A stretch of 64,000 nucleotides of DNA from an uncultured Planctomycetota bacterium (GCA_963737655.1 CAVTTN010000002.1:6368001-6432000); one strand, 5' to 3'; shown: positions 22,468 to 33,073, counted from the stretch's first letter. Notes: generated by a model from the sequence alone, not told the origin. Translations and numbers: made by a program.

Positions 22468-23907
22468 ATGACCCCCGAAATCGCCAGAGAACGCCTCCGA
22501 GGGGCCACCCGCCGCCACTTCTTCCGCGAGTGCGGCGTGGGTGTGGGCAAGATCGCGCTGGCGTCCCTGATGATGGAATCCGGCCTCCTCGCCGCCCCTC
22601 CGGCCGTCGATCCCCTGGCGCCAAGGCCGCCGCACTTCGCGCCGAAGGCCAAGCGAGTCATTTACTTGTTCATGGCCGGCGCCCCCAGTCAGCTCGACCT
22701 GTTCGACCACAAGGAGACGCTCAAGAAGTACGACGGCCAGCCGGTCCCGGCGGAGGTCGTGAAGGGGCAGCGCTATGCGTTCATCCGTCCCGACGCGAGC
22801 CTGATGGCGTCGCGGTTCCGGTTCGCCCGGCATGGCCGGTGCGGCTCGGAGCTTTCCGAGATGCTCCCGAACCTGGCGAAGGTCGTGGATGAGATCGCCC
22901 TGGTCAAGTCGATGCACACCGATCAGTTCAATCACGCACCCGCTCAAATCTTCATCAATTCGGGGTCGAGCTTGCCGGGGCGTCCGAGCATGGGTTCCTG
23001 GGTGACCTACGGCCTGGGGAGCGAGGCGAGCGACCTGCCGGGATTCGTCGTCCTCTCCTCGGGGTCGGGGATCAGCGGGGGCGCGGCGAACTGGTCGAGC
23101 GGGTTCTTGCCGACGGCCTACCAGGGCGTCCCGTTCCGCTCGAAGGGCGACCCGATCCTGGACGTGAGCAGCCCCGAGGGGTTCGACGGCCGCCTCCAGA
23201 GGGACTCGCTGGACCTGATCCGCGACCTCAACGGCCGGCACCTTTCCGACACGGGCGACCCCGAGATCGCCACCAGGATCGCTTCGTATGAGATGGCGTA
23301 TCGGATGCAGACCAGCGCCCCGGAGTTGATGGACCTCTCGGGCGAGTCTCGCGAGACGATGGAGCTCTACGGGGCCGAGCCCGGCAAGGGTTCGTTCGCG
23401 AACAACTGCCTGCTCGCCCGCCGGTTGATCGAGCGAGGCGTGCGGTTCGTGAACCTCTACCACGAGGGTTGGGACCATCATTCGGACGTGGCCGGCGGTT
23501 TGAAGTCGCAGTGCGGCCAGACCGATCGCGCCTCGGCGGCCCTCGTCCTGGACCTGAAGCGGCGGGGGCTCCTGGAAGACACCCTGGTCGTCTGGGGAGG
23601 CGAGTTCGGCCGGACGCCGATGGTCGAATCCAACGCGGCGCTGGGCCGGAGCCTGGGCCGGGACCATCACCCCCAGGCGTTCACGATGTGGTTCGCCGGA
23701 GGGGGCATCAAGGCCGGGATGACGATGGGGGCGACCGACGACCTGGGCTTCCACGTCGTCGAATCGCCGGTCCACGTCCACGACCTCCAGGCGACGATCC
23801 TCCACCTGCTCGGCCTCGATCACACCCGGCTCACGTTCCAGTCCCAGGGACGCGACTTCCGGTTGACCGACGTGGGCGGGGACGTGGTGAAGGGATTGCT
23901 CGCATGA
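22468..23907 (+). CDS. DUF1501 domain protein
   Basis: [39 protein letters not shown]. Paralog of 8927..10384. Confidence 0.93.
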   Translation: MTPEIARERLRGATRRHFFRECGVGVGKIALASLMMESGLLAAPPAVDPLAPRPPHFAPKAKRVIYLFMAGAPSQLDLFDHKETLKKYDGQPVPAEVVKGQRYAFIRPDASLMASRFRFARHGRCGSELSEMLPNLAKVVDEIALVKSMHTDQFNHAPAQIFINSGSSLPGRPSMGSWVTYGLGSEASDLPGFVVLSSGSGISGGAANWSSGFLPTAYQGVPFRSKGDPILDVSSPEGFDGRLQRDSLDLIRDLNGRHLSDTGDPEIATRIASYEMAYRMQTSAPELMDLSGESRETMELYGAEPGKGSFANNCLLARRLIERGVRFVNLYHEGWDHHSDVAGGLKSQCGQTDRASAALVLDLKRRGLLEDTLVVWGGEFGRTPMVESNAALGRSLGRDHHPQAFTMWFAGGGIKAGMTMGATDDLGFHVVESPVHVHDLQATILHLLGLDHTRLTFQSQGRDFRLTDVGGDVVKGLLA

Positions 23908-23933
23908 ATCGTGGGGAGGCGGGTTCCTCGGCG

Positions 23934-23996
23934 GATCACGCCGAATTTCGCGGAGCGGAACGCTCGTTTCCTCGATCCGCGAAGCGCGGCGTGATC
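23934..23996. terminator. Hairpin between convergent genes
   Basis: GATCACGCCG-aat-TTCGCGGA pairs with TCCGCGAA-gcg-CGGCGTGATC. Confidence 0.5.
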
Positions 23997-24006
23997 GGCG
24001 GACCGA

Positions 24007-25140
24007 TCATCCATTGCCCTTCTTCGCCTTGGCCTTCGGGCTGCTCGCCTTGGACTTAACCTTGGATTTGGCCTTCGCTTTCGCCGAGGCCTTCCCGGAG
24101 GACATCGGCAAGTCCCAGGTGCTCAGGGCCATGTCGAGGCTGGAGGCGACGAGGTGGCGGCCGTCGGGCGAGAAGGCGAGGCCGGTGACGTCCTCGGTCG
24201 GGCCGACCAGGATCGCGATCCTCTCGCCGGTGGCCACTTCCCAGAGGCTCACCGCGTTCTTCTCGGTCCCTCCGACGACCGCCCCGGTGGCCAGGATGCG
24301 ACCGTCGGGCGAAAAGGTCATGCACTTGATGCTCGGCTCGAACTCGGAGGAGAGCAGCTCGCCCCGGGGCTGCATGGCCTTGGGGTCCCAGAGGATCGTC
24401 TTCTGCTTCAGGAACGGCCCGCCGTTGACCGCGACGATCCCGGCCGTCGGCGAGCAGGCCACGGCCATGTAGGACGAGGAGGCATCGTTGGGCTCCAGGT
24501 CGAAGCTCTTGCGGAGCTTCTTGCCGGCGACGTCCCAGAAGAAGAGGGTCTCCCGGGTGATCTGGACGATCGTCTTGCCGTCGTTGGTGAAGGCGAAGCC
24601 CTGGGAGATGCCCTTGGGCGGGTCGAGTGAGCCGGCGAGCTTGTCGCCGCGGACGTCGTAGAGCATGACCGACTTCTGGTCGTTCGTGGCGGCCACGAGC
24701 GAGCCGTCGGGCGAGTAGGCGAGTGTCAGGATGGCGAGCGAGGGCTCGTCGAACTTCTTCCGGAGCTTGCCCGAGGCCGGGTCCCAGAAGAAGACGTCGC
24801 CGAGGTAGCCGCCGACGGCCAGGGTCTTGCCGTCGGGGGCGAAGGCGACGGAGAAGCTTTCGGGGCGGTCGTTGGCCTTGTCGTCGAACCGGCGGAGGAG
24901 CTTGCCGGAGGCGGCGTCCCAGAGGATCGCCACGTCCTCGCCGGCCGAGGCGATCGTCTTGCCGTCGGGCGAGAACGCCACCCCTCGGACGAATTTTTCA
25001 TGCCCCCGGAGCGTCCGGTCCGACTCCAGGATCGGCGGGCCGTTGCCCATGTCGCCGATGTCGTCCTGGGCCGTGGCGGCCGGGGTGAGGCCGAGGATCG
25101 GGACCAGGGCCAGGATCGCGGATCTCGTCTCGAATCGCAT
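24007..25140 (-). CDS. Secreted WD40-repeat protein with Lys-rich tail
   Basis: Signal peptide; repeated GH...VAFSPDGK...WD units; tail KAKAKSKVKSK. Confidence 0.9.
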   Translation of the reverse strand: MRFETRSAILALVPILGLTPAATAQDDIGDMGNGPPILESDRTLRGHEKFVRGVAFSPDGKTIASAGEDVAILWDAASGKLLRRFDDKANDRPESFSVAFAPDGKTLAVGGYLGDVFFWDPASGKLRKKFDEPSLAILTLAYSPDGSLVAATNDQKSVMLYDVRGDKLAGSLDPPKGISQGFAFTNDGKTIVQITRETLFFWDVAGKKLRKSFDLEPNDASSSYMAVACSPTAGIVAVNGGPFLKQKTILWDPKAMQPRGELLSSEFEPSIKCMTFSPDGRILATGAVVGGTEKNAVSLWEVATGERIAILVGPTEDVTGLAFSPDGRHLVASSLDMALSTWDLPMSSGKASAKAKAKSKVKSKASSPKAKAKKGNG

Positions 25141-25297
25141 CGCTGATCCTCCGGGGGGGTGGCCAATCCGATCGATGATTCTAACCTTTATGCATGCTCC
25201 GTGCCAACGGCCCCGGGGAGCGTGAGCCGGGGTTCGGCGGCGCGGGATGTCCGAGGCATCCGTCTCCGGAGCGGATTTGGGCCACGAGCCGGGGCGC

Positions 25298-27033
25298 TCA
25301 GGGGGCGAATTTCCAGGTCGGCTGGAAGTCTCGGTGGATGTCGGGGTTGGTCAGGAGGACCCGGACCATCTCGATCGGCATGCCCCCGGCCATCAGGATG
25401 CGGTCGTGGAACTCGCAGTCGGTCATCTTGCCGGTCTCGACGACTTCCTTGTGAAGCGCCCGGAGCTGGAGGCCGCCGAGCATGTAGGCGGCCTGATACA
25501 GCGGCGAATAATTGCCCGCGAACGACCGCCGGACCTCGCCCGAGGCGCTGAACCGCTCGTGGCCCACGCGATCGACCAGGAAGTTCACGGCCTCGTCGGG
25601 AGTCATCTGGCCGAGGTGGAATTTCAGGGAGAACTCGATCCGGGCGCAGCGGTGCATCCTCCAGAAGAGCATGCCCACGCGGTCCTCGGGCGACCTGGGG
25701 AACCCCTTGTCCCAGAGGAGCATCTCCCAGTAGAGCGCCCATCCCTCGGTCCAGAACGGCGTGCCGAACGGCCGTCGGTGGGTGTTGAACCGGCGGTTGT
25801 AGAAGACCTGGAGGTGGTGCCCGGGGATCAATTCGTGGTGGACCGTCGCCCGGGAAAAGTGAATATTATTCGACTTGACGCTCATGAGCTTGTCTTCGAT
25901 CGACATGCTCTCGGTGGGGTACGAGACGATGATCGACTCGCCTCCGAGGAAGAACGGGTTGACCTTCTGCGCCTGGGGCTCATCATCTCGACCCGCCAGT
26001 CTTCCTTGGCGAGTGCGGGGACGGTCACCAGGTCGTGCTTCTCGACGAAGTCGATGGCTTCCTTCGCCAGCTCGCGGACGAGGCGGGGCTGGTCTCCGGC
26101 GGGGACGTAGAGGGTCTTGACCTTCTCCAGGGCGGCCTTCCAGTCGTCGCCGAAGCCCATCTCCTTCGACGCCTTCTTCATCTCGGCCTCGCACCAGGCG
26201 AACTCCTTCTCGCCGATGGCCAGGAGTTCCTCGGGCGAGTAGGCGATCATCTCGGCGCGGAGGTCTTCGAGGAGGCCGTCGCGACCGATCGGGTCTCCGC
26301 GGATGGTGTCGTCGTCGCCCCGCCTGGCCTCGGCGACGGTGTCGGCGAGGAACTTCGCGTAATCGCCCAGGGCCTCGTCGGCCTTGCGGTACGGGGCGCG
26401 AACCCACCAGGAAAACGTCGGGTCGTAGCCGTCGTAATAGCGGAACCAGCCGCCGAGGGCGGTCCTCAGGGCGTCGGCATCCCGGCTCGCTCGCAGAGCC
26501 ACGGGCTGGGGGGTCTTCTTGTCCTTCTCCCTCGCCGAGACCTCCTTGCGGGCGGCGTCGAGCTGGCCCGGCAGCCTCGCGAGGACCTCGGCCGACTTGA
26601 TCGGATCGACCGGGTCGAGCCGCCTCCGGGCCTCGACGAGGTCGGTGATCGTCCTGGAGAATGGGAGGAAGCCGGCGGTTTCCTCGGCCCGTCGCTTCTC
26701 GCGGTCGAGCCGGTCGAGGTCGGACTTGAGCTCGTTGTCGAGGAGGAGGTAATCGACCTTGCCCTCGGTGCCCAGCGCGTCGAAATCGAGTTCCTTGAGG
26801 CGGCCCCGCCATGCCTCGGAGAACTCGCGGAGTCGGCCGATCCTCGTCGGGGAGAACTCGACGGGGAACCTCCGGCCCACGCCCTCGCGGTCGGCCGACC
26901 AGCGCTCGACGACGGTGACCAGCTCGCTCGATGGCTTCTTCAAGAGGGGTTCGAGCGGGCCGACGACCGGGTCGGTGGGGCTCCCGTCGGCGAGGGCCAG
27001 GGGGACGAGGAGGAAGGCCAGGGTCCAGGGCAT
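25298..27033 (-). CDS. DUF885 family protein (putative metallopeptidase), frameshifted near 25975
   Basis: N-half ends EMMSP; the other frame continues AQKVNPFFLGGE...HHELIPGHH...TEGWALYWE...YQAAYMLG. Confidence 0.85.
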
Positions 27034-27187
27034 GGGCGGGGTTCCTCGGGATCGTTCTTGCCGGGCGGTCCGGGTCGGGATAGATATTACGCGGGCCCCG
27101 GGGATCGCCGCCACCGGCTCGGGGCGAGGCATCGGGCCTCGTCCCGGGAGCGTGGCATCCGGTGAGGCGCCCGATCGAGGGGTTCCG

Positions 27188-27724
27188 ATGCCCGACGACC
27201 CGTCTCCGAAACCGCCCGCCGACCCGATCGCGCCGAAGCCGGCCCCTCCGCCATCTCGGCCTGCTCCGCCGGAGGAACCCCCCTTCCCCGTCCGCGACCC
27301 GGGCGACCTCCTCGACCCCGGCCGGCTCGCGCAGACCGAGATGAGCGTGGGCCAGTTGATCGAGGAGGGCCGACGGGTAATCCGCCTGGTCCGCCCGGCC
27401 CACTACCGCGAGTATGGCCACCTGATCGCCCGGCTCGCGACGGCCGGCGCGACGCTCCGAGACCTCTGCGCCGCCGCCGCGTTCGCGAGCCGGGCGGCCC
27501 AGGCCCATCTGGAGGACCTCAAGGCCATCAAGCCGAAAGACCTCGAAGGGGTCCGGGCCCTGGACGAGGCGAGGCGAGGGGTTGGCGAGTCGTGGCAATC
27601 GTGGCGAGGGCTCTCGCTGGCGTATGCCGAGGTCATCGCCCTGCTCGCGACGCTCCAGCCCCGGGGGCCCGTGCCGGGGCCGGCGCCGGACCTCGCCCCG
27701 GATGCCCCGCCGAGGCTCGTCTGA
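27188..27724 (+). CDS. Hypothetical protein (Pro-rich ends, helical core)
   Basis: Fills the gap between genes, GC3-rich codons, GAGGGG upstream of the ATG; no motif recognised. Confidence 0.6.
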   Translation: MPDDPSPKPPADPIAPKPAPPPSRPAPPEEPPFPVRDPGDLLDPGRLAQTEMSVGQLIEEGRRVIRLVRPAHYREYGHLIARLATAGATLRDLCAAAAFASRAAQAHLEDLKAIKPKDLEGVRALDEARRGVGESWQSWRGLSLAYAEVIALLATLQPRGPVPGPAPDLAPDAPPRLV

Positions 27725-27740
27725 TCGGTGAGGCGCCCTC

Positions 27741-28580
27741 TCAGGCGATCGCGTAGGAGGCGACGATCGCCGTGACGTTGTCCCGCCCCCCGGCATCCAG
27801 GGCCGCCTCGATCAGGGCCGCCGCCGCGGGCTGCGGCTCGCGGACCCGGTCCAGGATCTCGCCGATTCGCGGGTCCGGGACCATGTTCGTCAGGCCGTCG
27901 GTGCAGAGCAAGAGACGGTCGCCGTCGAGGAGGCGGAGGGTGGTGATCTCGGGGTCGATCCCCCGGACCCCGGCGAAGTTCAGGAGGACGTTGCGACGCC
28001 CGGGCAGGCTGTGGTCCCGGGTCAGCAGGCGAAGCTCGCCCCGTCGGTGGAGATACGCCCGAGAATCCCCCGCGTGGACGAAGAAGGCGTGATCGCCCGC
28101 GGTGTAGGCCACCGTCAAGGTGGTGCCCATGCCCTTGAGGCGCGGGTCGAGCTGGGCTTCGCGGATCACGGCGTCATCCACCTCGCGGAAATAATTCTTC
28201 ATCCGGTCGATCAGAGGGCCGATCTCGGCGTCGTCGATGGTCAGGGCCCAGCGGGGGGACTCCATCACGAGCCGGACGCCGGTGCGGATCGCCGTGAGGC
28301 TCGCGCGCTCGCCGGCGGCCATGCCGCCCATGCCGTCGGCCACGACCAGGACATAACCGACCTCCGGCGCGGGGTTGCCCAGCTCGGAGGCGGGCAGGCT
28401 GGTGATCAGGGGCTCGAAGAGCCGGCCCATCTTGGCGACCAGGAAGTTGTCCTCGTTCCCCTCGCGGACCTTGCCGACGTGCGTCATCGCGCCGAACTCG
28501 GCGCGGACGAGAGCGGGTCCCCGGGCCGAGGGTTCGGGCCGGAGGATCTCGACGGTGTCGAAGCTCGACGAGTCGCCCAC
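27741..28580 (-). CDS. PP2C/PPM family Ser/Thr protein phosphatase
   Basis: GKVREGNED, VVADGMGG, MGTTL, HAGDSRAY, LLLCTDGL, GGRDNVT. Start (GTG 28580 or 28631) is uncertain. Confidence 0.9.
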   Translation of the reverse strand: MGDSSSFDTVEILRPEPSARGPALVRAEFGAMTHVGKVREGNEDNFLVAKMGRLFEPLITSLPASELGNPAPEVGYVLVVADGMGGMAAGERASLTAIRTGVRLVMESPRWALTIDDAEIGPLIDRMKNYFREVDDAVIREAQLDPRLKGMGTTLTVAYTAGDHAFFVHAGDSRAYLHRRGELRLLTRDHSLPGRRNVLLNFAGVRGIDPEITTLRLLDGDRLLLCTDGLTNMVPDPRIGEILDRVREPQPAAAALIEAALDAGGRDNVTAIVASYAIA

Positions 28581-28795
28581 GGGAGGTCCTCCGCTCGGGG
28601 TCGGACGCGCCCGACGGCGTCCTCCCTCCACCCATACTCCCCGGCGCCCCGGAATGCAACCGAGACGATCGCCGGGCGGGGCGCCCGGCTCGTCCCGGCC
28701 TCCGGTCTGTCGCGGGGGCGGAGGTCCGGTTATCCTTTCGAGGATCGGGCCGCAATCGCAACGCCTCTCGGACGTCTCCTCGGGAACCCGCGACG

Positions 28796-29053
28796 ATGAT
28801 GAGTCGGGAATCGCTCCGGACGACCCTCCTGGGCCTGCTGGAAGAGGAGATGGGCGAGCCCGTGCCCGCCCTCTCGGACGATCAGGACCTCCGCGAGGGG
28901 CTCGGGCTCGACTCCGTGGACGTCGTCGGGCTCGTCATGAGGATCGAGCGCGAATTCCGGGTCCGCCTGGCCCCCGAGGAGCTCGCCCGGACGAAGACCG
29001 TCGGCGACCTCCTCGACCTCATGGAGGCGAAACTGGCCGCCTCGGCCGGATGA
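28796..29053 (+). CDS. Acyl carrier protein
   Basis: 85 aa, acidic, LGLDSVDVV phosphopantetheine site, TVGDL. Confidence 0.92.
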   Translation: MMSRESLRTTLLGLLEEEMGEPVPALSDDQDLREGLGLDSVDVVGLVMRIEREFRVRLAPEELARTKTVGDLLDLMEAKLAASAG

Positions 29054-29062
29054 AAGGCCCGG

Positions 29063-29431
29063 CTACACGGCCACGATCGCGACGCCGAGGGTGATCAGGA
29101 GGGTCCCGATCCACCGGGTCGGGCTGACGGCCTCGTGGAGGTAGAAGCGGGCCAGGAGGGTGGCGATCGGGTAGGATCCGGCCGTCAGGGGCAGGGCGAA
29201 GCTGAGGTCCGCCCCCCGGAGCGCCAGCATGTACAGGCCCAGGTGGAGGCCCAGGAGCGCCACCCCGGCCCAGATCCAGCCGTCCGAGGCGATCGCCAGG
29301 ACCTGGCGGGCCCACGGCCCTTCGACCTTCGCCGAGTCCTTCATCCCCCGGGAGAGGAACGTCTCCCCCACGGCCAGGACCACCACCGCCACCGCCATGA
29401 GGATCAGGGTCCGAACCCGGCCGGTCGTCAT
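29063..29431 (-). CDS. EamA/SMR (ArnE/F-like) 4-TM transporter or flippase
   Basis: 122 aa, 4 hydrophobic segments, ADLSFALPL, LHEAVSPTRWIG; start overlaps the stop of the upstream gene. Confidence 0.82.
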   Translation of the reverse strand: MTTGRVRTLILMAVAVVVLAVGETFLSRGMKDSAKVEGPWARQVLAIASDGWIWAGVALLGLHLGLYMLALRGADLSFALPLTAGSYPIATLLARFYLHEAVSPTRWIGTLLITLGVAIVAV

Positions 29432-30681
29432 CGCGGGGGCTCCTTCGGGCGGGGGAGGTCCATCGTCCGGGCGAGGTCGGCGAACGCCGAGAGGAGGCCG
29501 TCGACCTCCGCCTCCTCGTGGTTCGCGTTGCACTGGACCCGCAGGACCCCCGAGTGGTACGGGACCGCCGGGAACAGCACCGACTGGACGTAATAGCCGC
29601 GATCGAACAGGAACTTGCCGGCGTCGAGCGTCCTCGCCTCGTCGCCGACGAGGATCGAGACGATCGGCGTGGCCCCGCCGATGACGACCAGCCCCAGGGC
29701 CTCCAGCCCCCGGGCCAGCCGGCCGATGTGGGCGTCCAGCCGGGTGCGGAGGGCGTCGTACTCGGGGGACCGGAGGATGTCCACCACGACCCCGATCGCC
29801 TCGAGGTAGGGAGGGACGACCGGGCCGCCGAACACGTAGGAGCTCGATCGGATCTTCAGGATCTGCCGGAACGAGCTCGGCCCGGCGATGAACCCGCCGG
29901 CGCAGGAGAACGCCTTGGAGAGCGACCCGACGACGAAGGTGTTGTCATAAGAGCCCAGGGCGTCCAGGACGGTCCCCCGGCCGTCCTTGCCGAGGACGCC
30001 GGTGCCGTGGGCGTCGTCGATGTAGAGGACCGCGTCGAGCGACCGGGCGACCTCGTCGATCTCCGCCATCGGCGGGACCACCCCGCTCATGCTGTACACG
30101 CCGTCGATGCAGACCAGGGCGCAGCGATACGGGCGGAGGCCCTCCAGGGCCCTCCTCAGCGAGGCCGGGTCGCTGTGCGAGAACGTGGCGACCTTCGCGC
30201 CGTTGGCCCGGGCGATCTTGGCCGCCTCCTGCATCGAGGAATGGGCCTGCTCGTCCAGGGCCACGGCGTCGCGGCGGCCGACCAGGCCGGGGATCGCGCC
30301 GAGGTTGGCGAGCATGACCGACGGATAGATCAGGACCGACTCGACCCCGAGCCACTCGGCCAGCTTCTCCTCGGCCTCGACGTTCGCCCGGACGCTGGCG
30401 AAGGCTCGGGAGGAGCCGTTGTGCGATCCCCAGCGGTCCAGCCCCCGGACGATGGCGGCGATCACCCGGGGGTCGCGGTCGAGCCCGAGGAAGCTGTCCG
30501 AGCCGAAGTTGACGACCCTCCGGCCGTCGACCTCGACCGACCGACCGGGCCCGCAGGCGTCCAGGACGAGGTCCTTGAGGTGGGACTCGGCGTGGGTCCG
30601 GCCGAACTCTTCGATGATTCGGACGAGGGTGGTCTGGCGGAGGGCGTGCCCCAACTTCTCCATTGGGGAGGTCGCGGTCAT
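29428..30681 (-). CDS. PLP-dependent alpha-oxoamine synthase (BioF/Kbl/serine palmitoyltransferase family)
   Basis: NFGSDSFLGL, AHSS, DGVYSMSG, IDDAHG, GSLSKAF (Schiff-base Lys), FPAVP...LR. Confidence 0.88.
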   Translation of the reverse strand: MTATSPMEKLGHALRQTTLVRIIEEFGRTHAESHLKDLVLDACGPGRSVEVDGRRVVNFGSDSFLGLDRDPRVIAAIVRGLDRWGSHNGSSRAFASVRANVEAEEKLAEWLGVESVLIYPSVMLANLGAIPGLVGRRDAVALDEQAHSSMQEAAKIARANGAKVATFSHSDPASLRRALEGLRPYRCALVCIDGVYSMSGVVPPMAEIDEVARSLDAVLYIDDAHGTGVLGKDGRGTVLDALGSYDNTFVVGSLSKAFSCAGGFIAGPSSFRQILKIRSSSYVFGGPVVPPYLEAIGVVVDILRSPEYDALRTRLDAHIGRLARGLEALGLVVIGGATPIVSILVGDEARTLDAGKFLFDRGYYVQSVLFPAVPYHSGVLRVQCNANHEEAEVDGLLSAFADLARTMDLPRPKEPPR

Positions 30682-30770
30682 GGGGGGTCCTCGGCGGCCC
30701 GAAGCGGGCCGGGCGTCCGTGGCGAGGGGGCGGCCTGGGGCCCGGGACGTTCTTCGCGAGAAAACTAGGA

Positions 30771-30802
30771 TTGTGAAGCGGGCGATTCTATCGATAGACT
30801 CG
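30771..30802. promoter_or_regulatory. Palindromic bidirectional promoter/operator between divergent lipid operons
   Basis: CGATTCTATCGATAGACTCG (30783-30802, 1 mismatch) gives -10-like TAGACT (+) and TAGAAT (-); TTGTGA lies 18 nt upstream on +. Confidence 0.5.
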
Positions 30803-30967
30803 AACGTCTCGCTAGCTCAAACTCCAACCGGCCCTCCGCACAGGGATCGGGCAGGCGGGCGCGCGGTCGTGCCGGGCCTCCCCGGGGTCGCGTCCCCCCC
30901 CGATCGACGCCGACCCGGAGCCGGAGGCCGCCTCTCTCTCCTCTGCGCGAAGGAATCGCCCCGAACC

Positions 30968-31807
30968 GTGACCAACGACACCTCGACCGCCTCGGGGCGC
31001 CCGTCCGGGGGCGGCCCTCGGGGCCAGAACGTCCCCGCCGCGGCCCTCCTCGGCCATGCGCTGTTCCGCGCGGCCCCGGACGACCTGCCCGCCCTGCGTC
31101 GCCGGCCCGGGCCCGAGGGCGGGGCGAAGGTCGCGCCGTCGGTCCTGCGATACTCCGACGAGCAGACCGTCGCCGGGGTCGCCGCCGTGTTCTCGGCCCT
31201 CGACGCGATGGGCGCCGACCCCGATCGGTTCGAGGGCTGGGGCGTGGTGGTGGCGTCGCGGTTCCTCGGCCGGTCCACGCTGGCGAAGGCGCTCCAGAGC
31301 TTCTCGGCCGAGGGCGTCTGGGGCGTCTCGCCCCATCTGATCCCCCATTTCGCCCTGCATTCCCCCGCCGGGACGATCAGCCTGGCCCTGGGCCTCCACG
31401 GCCCGAACCTGGGCGTCGGCGGCGGCCGGAACGCGCCGGCCGAGGGGTTCCTCACGGCCGTCTCGTGGCTGGCCGGCGGGTCCGTCCCGGGCGTCTGGCT
31501 CGTCCTGACCGGCTGGGACCCCGAGCTCCGGCCCGACCGCCGCGAGCCGGGCCCTTCGCGGTGCTCGGCCCTGGCCCTGGCCCTGGTCGAGGCCGACCCC
31601 GAAGACCCCCGGCCGTCCTTCGCGATCCTCCCGGCCGACTCCCGCCTCTACGAACCGCCGGGAGACTGGCTCGACCTGGCCCGCAGACTCGACGGCGACG
31701 GCGACGGCGAGGGCGACGGCGACGCCGGGCGCCGGACGGTCGCCTCGGACGCCTCCGGGCGGCTCCGCGTGGAGTGGCGACCGGCGAGGGAGGCCGTCTC
31801 GTCATGA
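30968..31807 (+). CDS. Ketosynthase-like protein lacking the catalytic Cys (chain-length-factor-like)
   Basis: VSPHLIPHFALHSPAGTISLALGLHGPNLGVGGG matches the KS N-domain, with GG where AC normally lies; stop overlaps the next ATG. Confidence 0.72.
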   Translation: MTNDTSTASGRPSGGGPRGQNVPAAALLGHALFRAAPDDLPALRRRPGPEGGAKVAPSVLRYSDEQTVAGVAAVFSALDAMGADPDRFEGWGVVVASRFLGRSTLAKALQSFSAEGVWGVSPHLIPHFALHSPAGTISLALGLHGPNLGVGGGRNAPAEGFLTAVSWLAGGSVPGVWLVLTGWDPELRPDRREPGPSRCSALALALVEADPEDPRPSFAILPADSRLYEPPGDWLDLARRLDGDGDGEGDGDAGRRTVASDASGRLRVEWRPAREAVSS

Positions 31808-33009
31808 CCCGCGAGGAACCGGTCTGGATCACCGGGGTCGGCGCCGCCTCGCCCCTGGGCGCCGACGTCCCGGGCATCGAGTCGGCCCTGCTCGCCGGGC
31901 GATCGGGCGTGACCCGGGTCGATCGCTTCCCCACGGCCGACTACCCGAGCCAGATCGCCGGCCAGGTGGCCGAGATCCCCCGCCCCGACGGATTCGACGC
32001 CGAGGGGTTCGCCTCACGCCACCCCCTGGAGAGGCTGGCCCTGTGGTGCGCCTCGGCCGCCCTGGCCGACTCCGGGCTGACGGGCCGGGCGATCCGGGTC
32101 GGCCTGGTCCTGGGCCTCGGGGCCGAGTGGATGCTGCTGTGGGAGGCCGACCACGCCCGAGGAGGCTCCCGGGTGAACGACCCGGACCAGGACCGCGAGA
32201 CCACCATCGAGCGGGTCCACCGCGACCTCGGGCTCGACGGCCCGTGCCTGGCCCTCTCGGCGGCCTGCGCCAGCGGCAACCACGCTTTGGAGATCGGCCG
32301 CCAGTGGCTGAGGATGGGCCTGGTCGACGCCTGCGTGGCCGGCGCCTGCGACATGGCCGTCACGCCGATCGGCCTGGCGACCTTCGGCAACCTCCGGGCC
32401 CTGTCGCGACGCAATGACGCCCCCGAGGCCGCCTCCCGGCCGTTCGACCGCGGCCGGGACGGCTTTGTCCTGGGCGAAGGCGGCGCGGCGTTCGTCCTGG
32501 AGAGGGCCCGGGACGCCCGCGGACGTTCGGCGCCGGCGTATGCCGAGGTCGCCGGGTGCGGGTCGAGCAGCGACGCCCACCACCACGTGATCCCCAGCCC
32601 CGACCCCGCCCCGGCCGCCTCCTCGATGAGGAGGGCCCTGGCCGACGCGCGGGTCAATCCGTCGGAGATCGACCACGTGAACGCCCACGCCACCAGCACG
32701 CCCGTCGGCGACTCGGCCGAGGCCGCCGTGTTGAGGACGGTCTTGGGCGACGACGTGTCGCGGGTCCCGGTGACCGCCACCAAGAGCCTGACCGGCCACC
32801 TCCTGACGGCGGCCGGGGCGTTCGAGGCCCTCGCCTGCCTCGCCGCGATGAAGCACGGCGCCATCCCGCCGACGATCAACCTGGACGACCCCGACGTCGA
32901 CCTCTGCCTCGTGGCCGGCCAGGCCCGGGAGCAGGCCGTCCGCGTGGCGGTGTCCAACTCGTTCGGGTTCGGAGGGAGCAATACATGTCTGGTCCTGCGA
33001 AAGATATAG
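31804..33009 (+). CDS. Beta-ketoacyl-ACP synthase (FabF-like, Cys-His-His)
   Basis: VWITGVG, AACASG, SRPFDRGRDGFVLGEG, NAHATST, KSLTGH, SNSFGFGG. Confidence 0.93.
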   Translation: MTREEPVWITGVGAASPLGADVPGIESALLAGRSGVTRVDRFPTADYPSQIAGQVAEIPRPDGFDAEGFASRHPLERLALWCASAALADSGLTGRAIRVGLVLGLGAEWMLLWEADHARGGSRVNDPDQDRETTIERVHRDLGLDGPCLALSAACASGNHALEIGRQWLRMGLVDACVAGACDMAVTPIGLATFGNLRALSRRNDAPEAASRPFDRGRDGFVLGEGGAAFVLERARDARGRSAPAYAEVAGCGSSSDAHHHVIPSPDPAPAASSMRRALADARVNPSEIDHVNAHATSTPVGDSAEAAVLRTVLGDDVSRVPVTATKSLTGHLLTAAGAFEALACLAAMKHGAIPPTINLDDPDVDLCLVAGQAREQAVRVAVSNSFGFGGSNTCLVLRKI

Positions 33010-33073
33010 ATATGAGTCGGTCATCGGTCGGCGGGTTTGCGGAGGGGCGATCCCGGCGCCGAGGCGGATCTCC

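Noticed and set aside
29428..30681. Calling the PLP enzyme biotin bioF
   Set aside because: No bioA/B/C/D nearby, motifs diverge, and the context is ACP/KS/export.
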